Below, piece by piece: positions 20,027-27,975 of a stretch of 64,000 nucleotides of DNA. Below the pieces are notes generated by a model. That model did not search any database. It saw nothing but the letters and a program-made list of their open reading frames with translations, and had not been told where the DNA came from. The stretch is from Acidobacteriota bacterium (GTDB lineage: Bacteria > Acidobacteriota > Vicinamibacteria > Marinacidobacterales > Marinacidobacteraceae): the NCBI GenBank assembly GCA_022820545.1, contig JAJEFG010000108.1, positions 4,122-68,121 of the forward strand. Direction: 5' to 3'. How positions within the stretch are numbered: the first letter of the stretch is position 1; each line of letters opens with the position of its first letter. Made by a program: the position numbers and the translations under genes.

Positions 20027-20602
20027 ATGCCGATCGACCGGGTACTCGCGGTCGTGGACGGGGAACCGATCACCTACTCGGAAGTCCTGGAGGCGATCGC
20101 CCTCACACCGGGGGTGACGCCGCCCCCGACCCTGGAGGAGACCCTGGAACGCCTCATCGATGCGAGGCTCATGGAGCACGAGGCCCGCCGGTATCTGCAG
20201 GACCCGCCGTCGGAAGAGGAAAGCGAGGCCACGCTGCGGGCCCTCATGGACCGCTTCGCGACCCCGGGGGACTACCGCGCCACGCTGCGCCGGCTCGGCA
20301 TCGCCGAGGACTATCTGCGGAAACGGATCGAGCGGGAACTGATCGTGGACCGCTACGTGGACCGCCGTTTCCGGCCGCTGGTCCAGGTGGCCCAGCGAGA
20401 GGTCGAGGAGTACTACCGGACCGTGCTCCTCCCGGACCTCGACGCCGGTTCGCCTGCAACTTTGGTTGAAGTGGAGAGCCTGATCCGCAATATACTTGAA
20501 CAGCGCGATCTGAATCGGCGGATTTCCGCCTGGGTGGACGAGTTGAAGTCCAGCGCCAGTATCGTGCGATTGCCGCTCTCCGAGCCGCCCCGGTTGGACT
20601 GA
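20027..20602 (+). CDS. SurA N-terminal-domain-like periplasmic chaperone (start uncertain; probably begins upstream with a non-ATG start to include the signal peptide)
   Basis: 'MPIDRVLAVVDGEPITYSEVLEA...' resembles the SurA N-terminal chaperone domain. The same frame upstream encodes a signal-peptide-like 'RRFRWSVRLVFGFVLLLGPVPAVSGG' with no in-frame ATG/GTG/TTG (possible CTG or ATC start near 19896). Confidence 0.55.
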   Translation: MPIDRVLAVVDGEPITYSEVLEAIALTPGVTPPPTLEETLERLIDARLMEHEARRYLQDPPSEEESEATLRALMDRFATPGDYRATLRRLGIAEDYLRKRIERELIVDRYVDRRFRPLVQVAQREVEEYYRTVLLPDLDAGSPATLVEVESLIRNILEQRDLNRRISAWVDELKSSASIVRLPLSEPPRLD

Positions 20603-20837
20603 GTCCTTCGGTCCCGCCGGGGCGATCCGAAGGTCCCGTCCGCGGGGAAGGGAACCCTGGGTTCGGGTGCGGCGTTATTCCTGTACCCATGGGTGAGGAG
20701 GAGTGAGTCACCGCACCTGCGGGTGACCCAATGTTCCGCTCGGAGACGGAGCGGTTGGAGCAGTGAGGATGGCACGCTGCGTGCTTACCGAGCTATAGAC
20801 ACAAAGTAGGCCAACAAGGAGATATCTGGAGGGCGTT
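20603..20837 (+). promoter_or_regulatory. long structured 5' leader/promoter region of the sigma-70 gene with several hairpins and an AT-richer -10/RBS region
   Basis: Hairpins tccttcgg...ccgaagg, gtcaccgcacctgcgggtgac and ccgctcggagacggagcgg. The AT-richer 'gagctatagacacaaagtaggccaacaaggagatatctggagggcgttATG' gives an SD (GGAGGG) 6 nt before the ATG. Confidence 0.3.
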
Positions 20838-21872
20838 ATGGACCCTACGAGTACGGATTACGAAACCATCGAGTTCGTGGACGAGGTCTTCGACCTTGAA
20901 GAGGAAGAGGAAGAGTCCACGGAAGACGAGGCAAACGAGGCGAGAGAACTCGGTCTCGCGCCGGACACGCACCAGACCGGCGACCTGGATTCGATGGGGC
21001 TCTATCTGCGGGACACCCACCGGCACCGGCTGCTCACCAAGAACGACGAGCAGCGCTACAGCCGGGCCATGCAGAAGGCCCTTCGCGACATCGAGGGCAC
21101 CGAGGACCCGTCGAACGAGGACCTCGCGGCCTTCTACAAGAACCGCGAGAAGATGATCGAGGGGAATCTGCGCCTCGTCATCTCCATCGCCAAGCAGTCC
21201 CGGGGGAAGGGGCTCCCGCTGGGCGATCTCATCCAGGAAGGCAACATCGGACTCATGCAGGCGGTTCGCAAGTTCGAGCCCGAGCGGAATCTCAAGTTCT
21301 CCACCTACGCGACGTGGTGGATCCGGCAGGCGATCTGGCGGGCGCTCTCGCAGAAGTCCCGCACCATCAAGGTCCCGATCAACAAGCTGGATCTCCATCG
21401 CAAGGCTTCCAAGGTCAGGGCGGAACTCGAGCAGCGCTACCGGAACGATCCGGCGCGCCGCGGCAAGCGGCAGTTCCCGTCCACCGATGACGTCGCCCGC
21501 GAGATCGGCGTACCGCCGGAGAGGCTTCGCGACGCGCTCCGTTCGGTGCCGCAGATCGACTCGCTCGATGCGCCGCTGGTTCCCGACGGGACGCCGCGGA
21601 TCCAGCTGACTCCCGATCCGGACCAGTTGAACCCGATCGAGGGCGTCACGGACGCCGAGCAGCGCCGCCACGTGCGGGATGCGATCTCGGACCTCCCCGA
21701 CCGGCTGCAGCACGTGCTCAAGCGCCGCTTCGGCATCCTGGGCGGTCCGGAGGCCAACCTCGAGGAGATCGGGCGCGAGCTCCACCTCACCCGGGAGCGG
21801 GTGCGGCAGCTCGAGGCGGAAGCGCTCACGCGGCTCCGCCAGGATCCGCGCCTCCGCGTCTCCGCGAACTGA
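20838..21872 (+). CDS. RNA polymerase sigma factor, sigma-70 family (RpoD/RpoS-like; regions 1.2, 2, 3, 4) with an acidic N-terminus
   Basis: '[61 protein letters not shown]' (region 2) and '[27 protein letters not shown]' (region 4.2). Confidence 0.85.
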   Translation: MDPTSTDYETIEFVDEVFDLEEEEEESTEDEANEARELGLAPDTHQTGDLDSMGLYLRDTHRHRLLTKNDEQRYSRAMQKALRDIEGTEDPSNEDLAAFYKNREKMIEGNLRLVISIAKQSRGKGLPLGDLIQEGNIGLMQAVRKFEPERNLKFSTYATWWIRQAIWRALSQKSRTIKVPINKLDLHRKASKVRAELEQRYRNDPARRGKRQFPSTDDVAREIGVPPERLRDALRSVPQIDSLDAPLVPDGTPRIQLTPDPDQLNPIEGVTDAEQRRHVRDAISDLPDRLQHVLKRRFGILGGPEANLEEIGRELHLTRERVRQLEAEALTRLRQDPRLRVSAN

Positions 21873-21883
21873 CCGCGCGCTTC

Positions 21884-21930
21884 GGAGCGCCGGCCTCCGG
21901 CCGGCATCGCGGCCGAAGGCCGCGAAACGC
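21884..21930 (+). repeat. REP-like two-hairpin intergenic repeat (family copy B)
   Basis: ggagcgccggcctccggccggcatcgcggccgaaggccgcgaaacgcc ; hairpin 2 is GCGGCC-GAA-GGCCGC followed by GAAAC. Confidence 0.7.
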
Positions 21931-22083
21931 CTCCTCCGTGGCAACAACGCGGCCCCTCAGTTTCGCGGCGCCTGGCGCCCGGCACGCGCGCCTCGCCGCG
22001 CTGGCGATGCGTGTCGCCTCGCTGCGCTCGGCGATGCCGACCAGAGGTCGGCGCTCCGTGCCGGAACCGACCCGCCGGATACG

Positions 22084-23703
22084 ATGGCGCCCATGCGCCG
22101 TCCTCTGCCGTTCCCGACTCCCTTGCGGGCCGGGGCGCTTGCCGCCCTGGCCCTGCTGTTCGCCGCCCGCAGCGATGCCGCTCAGCCCCGCGAGATCGAA
22201 CTCACCACCGCCACAATCGCCGAGATCAACGAGGCGGTGGATGCCGGCGTCCTGACCGCCGAGCGGCTCGTCGAGCTGTGCCTGGCGCGGATCGCGGCCT
22301 ACGACGATCAGGGGCCGCGGATCAACGCCGTCATCTCGGTGAATCCGAACGCCCGGGAGCGGGCCCGGGAATTGGACGCCGAACGGGAGCGCTCCGGGCG
22401 CCGCTCACCGCTGCACGGGATCCCGGTCCTCCTCAAGGACAACTTCGACACGGCGGACATTCCCACCACCGCGGGGTCCTTCCTGCTCCAGGACTCGCGT
22501 CCCCCGGACGACGCCTTCGTGGTGCGGAAGCTGCGGGAGGCCGGCGCGATCGTGCTGGCCAAGGTGAACCTCAGCGAGTTCGCCTCCGGCGGCGCCATGA
22601 GTTCGCTCGGCGGAATCACCCGGAACCCGCACGATCCCACCCGCACCCCCGCCGGTTCTTCCGGCGGCACCGGGGCGGCGGTCGCGGCCGGGTACGGTTT
22701 CGTCGGGCTGGGCTCGGACACCGGCGGTTCCATTCGCGGCCCCTCCACCGCGAACGGGCTGGCGGGCCTCAAACCGACGCTCGGGCTCCTGAGCCGCGAC
22801 GGCATCGTGCCCCTGGCGCTTTCCTTCGACACCGGCGGACCGATGGCGCGCAGCGTGTACGACGTGGCGGTGTCGCTCGGAACCATGGTGGGGGTGGACG
22901 AAGCCGACGCGGCGACGTCGAGGAGCGCCGGGCAGTTCCACGACGACTACACCCAGTTCCTGGACGCGGAGGCGCTGTCCGGGGCCCGGCTGGGCGTGGC
23001 CCGCGATTTCATGGGCACCGACCGCGAGGTGGACTGGGCGATCGAGGCGGCGCTCGATGCGATGCGCGACGCCGGGGCCGAGGTCTTCGACGTGCGCTTC
23101 CCGGAGTGGCTGCTCGAGGTCGAGAGCGACTTCTACCTGGCGGTGCGCTGGCCGGAGTTCCGCAAGCAGATCGCGGAGTACCTGCAAGGCCTGGGTGACG
23201 GCTATCCGCAGACCCTGGACGAACTGGTCGAGCGCTCCATGCGGCTTCCCTCCCACGGAGACGGACTGCGTCCCAACCCGGGGCGCTGGAGCCTGTTTCT
23301 CCGCGAGAACGCCAGCGGGGAGGTCACCGACTACGCCCACCTCGCGGTGCGGGAGCACGCGCTCCCGCTGGTCCGCGCGCTGGTGGAAGGCCTGATGGAC
23401 CACGAGAACCTCGACGCCATCGTCTATCCGACCTCTCCGGCGCGGCCGGCGCTCCTCGACCGTCCTCCGGATCTCTACGGGCCCTCGCCCGTGCGCCTCG
23501 CCAACATGAGCGGTTTCCCGGACCTGATCGTGCCCGCGGGGTTCACCGGGGGAGGACTCCCGGTGGGCATCTCGTTCCTGGGCCGGGCGTTCAGCGAGCC
23601 CCGGCTGCTGGCCCTCGGCTACGCGTTCGAGCAGCGGGTGCGGGCCCACCGCGTCCCCGCGCACACGCCGCCGCTGCCGGGCGAACGGATCACGATTCCG
23701 TGA
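22084..23703 (+). CDS. amidase (amidase-signature family), secreted (signal peptide)
   Basis: 'GIPVLLKDNFDTADIPTTAGS...' and the AS signature 'GGSSGGTGAAVAAGYGFVGLGSDTGGSIRGPS'. N-terminus 'MAPMRRPLPFPTPLRAGALAALALLFAARSDAA' is a signal peptide. Confidence 0.8.
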   Translation: MAPMRRPLPFPTPLRAGALAALALLFAARSDAAQPREIELTTATIAEINEAVDAGVLTAERLVELCLARIAAYDDQGPRINAVISVNPNARERARELDAERERSGRRSPLHGIPVLLKDNFDTADIPTTAGSFLLQDSRPPDDAFVVRKLREAGAIVLAKVNLSEFASGGAMSSLGGITRNPHDPTRTPAGSSGGTGAAVAAGYGFVGLGSDTGGSIRGPSTANGLAGLKPTLGLLSRDGIVPLALSFDTGGPMARSVYDVAVSLGTMVGVDEADAATSRSAGQFHDDYTQFLDAEALSGARLGVARDFMGTDREVDWAIEAALDAMRDAGAEVFDVRFPEWLLEVESDFYLAVRWPEFRKQIAEYLQGLGDGYPQTLDELVERSMRLPSHGDGLRPNPGRWSLFLRENASGEVTDYAHLAVREHALPLVRALVEGLMDHENLDAIVYPTSPARPALLDRPPDLYGPSPVRLANMSGFPDLIVPAGFTGGGLPVGISFLGRAFSEPRLLALGYAFEQRVRAHRVPAHTPPLPGERITIP

Positions 23704-23716
23704 TCCTCGGGATACC

Positions 23717-24667
23717 CTAATCCGGGATCCGCAGCACCCCTTCGGCGACCTCGACGGCCTGTCCGCCGACGCGGACCAGCGAGGGCTGGCCGCCCTCGCG
23801 TTCGACCTCCACGTGGATCGAACTGGGACGGCCCATCTCGTAGCCCTGTTCGATCACGAGGCGGACCGGGTCCCGGTCGCCGTTCTTCACCAGTCCGTGC
23901 CGGACCAGCCAGGCGCCCAGCGCGCCCGCGGCGCTGCCGGTCGCCGGGTCTTCGTGGACGCCGAGTCCCGGGGCGAACATCCGCGCGTGCGCGGCGCTCG
24001 CCTCGCGGGCGCACTCGGTCGAGAAGACCATCATGCAGTCGGAGCCGATTTCCTCGCGGTTGAGCAGCGCCTGCGCCGCCATCGGATCCAGTTCGAGCTT
24101 CTCGATGCTGCGCAGCGACCGCACCGGCACCATCAACTGGGGAAGCGCCGTCGAGACGACCTGCGCCGGCCGGCCGTCGGGAAGGAGCTCGTCGGCGCCG
24201 ATACCGAGGCAGCCGGCGAGGGAACTCCGATCGGTGAACTCGGCGAAGAAGCGGGGGGGCGCCTGGGTCATGACGACCTGCTCCACCTCGCCTCCGCGAA
24301 CCCGGATGTCCACCGGAAGGACTCCGGCGCCGCATTCCTGGTGGATGCGGTGGACGCCGGTGCCGAGGTTGGCGAGCGCCTCGCCGAGACCCAGTTCACC
24401 GCGCCGGGCGAGCACGAAGAAGGTGCCCACCACGGGGTGGCCCGCGAGCGGGAGCTCCGTGTTGGGGGTGAAGATGCGAAGCCGGCAGAGCGCCTGCACG
24501 GCGGTCGGCGGCAGCACGAACGCGGTCTCCGAGAGGTTCATCTCGGCGGCGATGCGCTGCATCTCCTCGCCCGACAGCCCCTCGGCGCCGGTCACGATGG
24601 CCAGCGGATTCCCGGCGAACGCGCGGTCGGTGAAGACGTCCGCCTGGAGGAACCGGTATTCGCGCAC
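23717..24667 (-). CDS. PhzF family phenazine-biosynthesis-like protein (isomerase fold)
   Basis: 'YRFLQADVFTDRAFAGNPLAIV...' N-terminal PhzF motif and '...HEDPATGSAAGALGAWL' C-terminal motif. The track ORF extends to 25060 with an Arg/Gly-rich artifact; a likely GTG start sits near 24667, about 14 bp downstream of the rnhA stop. Confidence 0.65.
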   Translation of the reverse strand: MREYRFLQADVFTDRAFAGNPLAIVTGAEGLSGEEMQRIAAEMNLSETAFVLPPTAVQALCRLRIFTPNTELPLAGHPVVGTFFVLARRGELGLGEALANLGTGVHRIHQECGAGVLPVDIRVRGGEVEQVVMTQAPPRFFAEFTDRSSLAGCLGIGADELLPDGRPAQVVSTALPQLMVPVRSLRSIEKLELDPMAAQALLNREEIGSDCMMVFSTECAREASAAHARMFAPGLGVHEDPATGSAAGALGAWLVRHGLVKNGDRDPVRLVIEQGYEMGRPSSIHVEVEREGGQPSLVRVGGQAVEVAEGVLRIPD

Positions 24668-24680
24668 GAACGCCCCGAGT

Positions 24681-25166
24681 CTATCCGTTGGGGCCAAAGA
24701 GCCGGCCGCTCCGGCTGGGCGCGGGCGCCCGCCGCCCCTGCCGGACGGCCTCTTCCGAGGCGAGGTCATGGGCCCTCTCGTTCCCCGGGTGGCCGGCATG
24801 ACCCCGGACCCACTCGAACCGCACGGCGGGCCGCCGGGCGCGCGCGGCGGCCAGCCGCCGCCAGAGGTCGGCGTTCTTGACCGGACGGCGGTTCGCGGTC
24901 TGCCAGCCACGCCGGACCCAGGACGGAAGCCACTCGGTGATGCCCTTGACCACGTACTGGCTGTCGCAGAACACCGTGGCCGAGGCTCCGTCCGGCACCG
25001 CTTCCACCGCCCGGATCGCGGCGGTGAGCTCCATGCGGTTGTTCGTGGTGTCCGGCTCACCCCCCGAGAGGACCCTTTCCTCGCCGGAATCGGTCACGAA
25101 TACCGCCGCCCACCCCCCCGGCCCGGGGTTCCCGAGGCAGGAGCCGTCGCACGCGATCTGCAACAT
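24681..25166 (-). CDS. rnhA: ribonuclease HI
   Basis: 'MLQIACDGSCLGNPGPGGWAAV...TNNRMELTAAIRAVEA...DSQYVV.GI..W...W.....W....PVKN.DLW' matches canonical RNase H. Confidence 0.85.
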   Translation of the reverse strand: MLQIACDGSCLGNPGPGGWAAVFVTDSGEERVLSGGEPDTTNNRMELTAAIRAVEAVPDGASATVFCDSQYVVKGITEWLPSWVRRGWQTANRRPVKNADLWRRLAAARARRPAVRFEWVRGHAGHPGNERAHDLASEEAVRQGRRAPAPSRSGRLFGPNG

Positions 25167-25207
25167 CCGCTCGGTATCCTACGTGGCGGGTCCTTCCCCC
25201 CGTTCGA

Positions 25208-25765
25208 ATGTCCTGGATCCACATGGTTCCGCCCACCGCCCCCGAGGGGCAGGAGGGGCGGCTCGGGGAGCTCTACCGGCGGCACCGGCGTCCGGACGGG
25301 CTGGTGGACAACATCCTGAGGGTCTCCAGCCTGAACCCGGAAGCGCTGGAGCACCACCTGTCGCTCTATGAACACCTGATGCGGGGCGAATCGGGCCTCA
25401 GCCTCGCCGAACGGGAACTGATCGCCGTCACCGTCTCGGTGGTCAACGACTGCCACTATTGAATCGAGCATCACCGGAGAGGTCTTCTCCGGCTGACCCG
25501 GGATCCGCAATTGGTGGATGCCCTGCGCCGTGATCCGGAGGGCTGCCCCCTCGCGCCCCGCCAGCGGGCGCTCGCCGACTACGCCATCAAGCTGGCGCGC
25601 ACCCCGGGGAGCCTGGTGGAGCGGGATCTCGAGCCGCTCCGCGGCGCCGGACTCTCCGACCGCGACATCCACGACGCCTGCGCGCTGGCGTCCTACTACT
25701 GCTTCGTGAACCGCATGGCGAACGGCCTCGGCGTGGAGCTGGAGGAGGCCGAATCCGGCAGTTAG
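25208..25765 (+). CDS. AhpD/CMD-family (alkylhydroperoxidase AhpD core domain, peroxidase-related) protein with an in-frame TGA at the active-site position; predicted selenoprotein (Sec at codon 85)
   Basis: Track ORFs 25208..25462 and 25511..25765 are in the same frame and separated only by TGA at 25460-25462. Read-through gives 'VSVVNDCHY-U-IEHHRRGLLRLTRDPQLVDALRRDP...', which is the AhpD-core CxxCxxxH motif with the second Cys replaced by the TGA codon. The downstream half continues with family-typical sequence (LADYAIKLARTPGSL..DLEPLRGAGLSDRDIHDA). Confidence 0.65.
25463..25495 (+). promoter_or_regulatory. candidate bacterial SECIS element (stem-loop starting 11 nt after the in-frame UGA)
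   Basis: UGA-AUCGAGCAUCA-CCGGAGA-GGUCU-UCUCCGG-CUGA: a perfect 7-bp stem, extendable by UCA/UGA with a 1-nt internal mismatch. The apical loop contains GGUC, as in the E. coli fdhF SECIS apical region. The spacing of 11 nt from UGA is canonical. Confidence 0.6.
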
Positions 25766-25784
25766 CCCGGATGGCGCACCGGCT

Positions 25785-25845
25785 GGGAACGCCGGTCTCC
25801 AGACCGGCACCGCGGCGCTCCGCGCCGCGCACCATGCGGACCCGG
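25785..25845 (+). repeat. REP-like two-hairpin intergenic repeat (family copy H)
   Basis: gggaacgccggtctccagaccggcaccgcggcgctccgcgccgcgcacc ; hairpin 1 is GCCGGTC-TCCA-GACCGGC and hairpin 2 is GCGGCGC-TCC-GCGCCGC. A cccggatgg motif just upstream is also seen flanking copies C and D. Confidence 0.6.
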
Positions 25846-25922
25846 GAGGGGGCCGTTGCCGGGATGTTTCCCGGTGGCGCCGCGAAGACGAGGAGCGACG
25901 CCCCCTCCCTGGTCCGCCCGGG

Positions 25923-27857
25923 CTACGGACCTCCGGGACTGCCCTGAACCGCGGCGTCGAGGCGTTCGAGCTTCTCGTAGAGGGCCGGCAGCCGGCTCTT
26001 CAGGTCCTCGTAGGTTGCCGTGACCTCCCGGGATCCCTCGCGGTCGCCGAAGAAACCGGGCGCCGCCATGCGTGCTTCCAGGCTCTCGACGGCGGCCTCG
26101 GTGTCCGCGATCGCCTCGAACACCTCACGCCATTCGCGCCGCAACTGCCGCAACCGGTTCTTCCCGGGCGGCCGGCGCGCGCCGGTCTTGCCGGCCTGCT
26201 TCGCGTTCCGCTTCGGGCGTTTCGCCGCAGCGGGTGCGGGCGCCGGCGGAGCGGCCGCCTCGGGCTCCGGGGGGGCGATCCGCGCCAGGTAGTCCGAGTA
26301 GTTGCCCCAGTAGAGGGCCGCTCCGCCGCCGCCGATCGCGGTTACCCGGGTGGCCAGGGCGTCCATGAAGTACCGGTCGTGCGCGACGAACACGATCGTG
26401 CCCTGGTAGTTCGAAAGCGCGTCCAGGAGCGCCCGCTTGGCGTCGAGGTCGAGATGATTGGTCGGTTCGTCGAGGAGGAGAAGGTTCGCCGGACGGAGGA
26501 ACAGGCGGGCCAGCGCCAGCCGGCTTCGTTCGCCGCCGGAGAGGACCGCCGTCTTCTTCTCCACGGTCTCCCCCGAGAACAGGAACGCACCCAGGATGTT
26601 GCGGATCTCGGGGAGCATGGCGAGCGGCGCCGCGTCGGCCATGGTTTCCCGCACCGTCCGGTCGGGGTCGAGATCGTGCCGGTCCGGCCCGTAGTAGGCG
26701 ATCCGGACGTTGTGGCCAAGCTCCCGATGGCCGGAGTCCAGGCCTTCCTCACCGGCGATCAGCCGGATGAGGGTGGATTTCCCGGCGCCGTTCGGCCCGA
26801 TGAGCGCGAGGCGCTGGCCGCGCTCCACGACGAGGTCCACATCGCGGAAGACCTCGTTCGTTCCGAACGCCTTGGAAACGCCGGTGAGCGTCATCAGGAC
26901 CCGCCCTGAACGCGGCGGGTGCGGCAGGCGCAGGGCCACCCGCCGGGGTTCGGGCGGGACTTCGATCCGCTCGATCTTCTCGAGCATGCGGACCCGGCTC
27001 TGGACCTGCCGCGCGCGGCTGGCCTGGTAGCGGAACCGGTTGATGAAGCGTTCGTTCCGCTCGATCTCGGCCGCCTGCTCGGCGGCCCGCTTGCGGAGGT
27101 CGGCGATCTCGGCGGCCCGCTGGGTCTCGTAGCGGCTGTAGGTGCCCGGGTAGTTGCCGAGCCGGCCGAGGCCGATCTCGGTGATCCGGGTCACCACGGA
27201 GTCGAGGAAGTAGCGGTCGTGGGCGACCAGCACCAGGCCGCCGCGGTGCCGGGCCAGGAAACCGAGCAGCCAGGTGCGGGCTTCGATGTCCAGGTAGTTC
27301 GTGGGCTCGTCGAGGAGGACGAGGTCGTTCGCCTCGGCCAGCAGCCGGGCGAGGGCGATGCGCATCTGCCAGCCCTGGCTGAAGGTCTCGACGGGGCGGT
27401 CCTCGTCCCCGGGCGCGAACCCCAGGCCGGAGAGGACTTCGCTGATGCGGGTGTCCATTTCGTAACCGCCGCGGCGCTGCCACTCCTCCTCCAGTTCTCC
27501 GTAGCGGGCGACGAGTTCGGGCTGGTCCGGCGTCTCCTCGAGCGTTTCCGCCACTTCCTCCTGTTCGCGCCGCAGCCGGAGCAGGTCGGCAAAGGCGGTC
27601 CGCACCTCCCCGGAAACGGTGCGGCCCTCGAGGCTCAGCCCCTCCTGGGGCAGGTATCCGACGCGTTTCCGCCTGGCCAGCACGACCTTTCCGGCGTCGG
27701 GACGAACCAGTCCCGCGAGGATCTTCAGGAGGGTGGTCTTGCCGGACCCGTTGGGTCCGACCAGGCCGACGCGGTCGCCGTCGCCGACCTGCCAGGACAC
27801 CTCACGGAGCAGCACCTGTTCTCCGTAGGCCTTGGTGGCCTCGACGAGCTGGATCAT
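25923..27857 (-). CDS. ABC-F family ATPase (tandem ABC domains, no TMD; Uup/YheS/EttA-like)
   Basis: Two Walker A motifs (GPNGSGKTTLLKILAG; GPNGAGKSTLIRLIAG), two LSGG signatures, an inter-domain linker and a C-terminal coiled-coil/basic tail. Confidence 0.85.
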   Translation of the reverse strand: MIQLVEATKAYGEQVLLREVSWQVGDGDRVGLVGPNGSGKTTLLKILAGLVRPDAGKVVLARRKRVGYLPQEGLSLEGRTVSGEVRTAFADLLRLRREQEEVAETLEETPDQPELVARYGELEEEWQRRGGYEMDTRISEVLSGLGFAPGDEDRPVETFSQGWQMRIALARLLAEANDLVLLDEPTNYLDIEARTWLLGFLARHRGGLVLVAHDRYFLDSVVTRITEIGLGRLGNYPGTYSRYETQRAAEIADLRKRAAEQAAEIERNERFINRFRYQASRARQVQSRVRMLEKIERIEVPPEPRRVALRLPHPPRSGRVLMTLTGVSKAFGTNEVFRDVDLVVERGQRLALIGPNGAGKSTLIRLIAGEEGLDSGHRELGHNVRIAYYGPDRHDLDPDRTVRETMADAAPLAMLPEIRNILGAFLFSGETVEKKTAVLSGGERSRLALARLFLRPANLLLLDEPTNHLDLDAKRALLDALSNYQGTIVFVAHDRYFMDALATRVTAIGGGGAALYWGNYSDYLARIAPPEPEAAAPPAPAPAAAKRPKRNAKQAGKTGARRPPGKNRLRQLRREWREVFEAIADTEAAVESLEARMAAPGFFGDREGSREVTATYEDLKSRLPALYEKLERLDAAVQGSPGGP

Positions 27858-27975
27858 CGGGCTGGTGGCCGGGAACCGTATCGCGGGGGCCGGCCTCCGC
27901 CCGGTCGTCCGGGTTCCGTGCGGACACCGTTTCCGGCGATGGGAGTTCGCGCGTGTTGGTCATAATGGGGGTTCC

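Noticed and set aside
18803-20602. 599-aa + strand ORF
   Set aside because: - Most of it is an out-of-frame overlap with bamA with Arg/Pro/Gly-rich composition.
- Only the C-terminal about 190-230 aa (SurA-like domain with signal peptide) is credible.
25208-25765. Interpreting the two 84-aa ORFs as a frameshifted or nonsense pseudogene or as two small genes
   Set aside because: - They share a frame and are separated by a single TGA exactly at the conserved catalytic Cys column.
- A SECIS-like hairpin sits at the canonical distance.
- Selenocysteine recoding therefore explains the data better.
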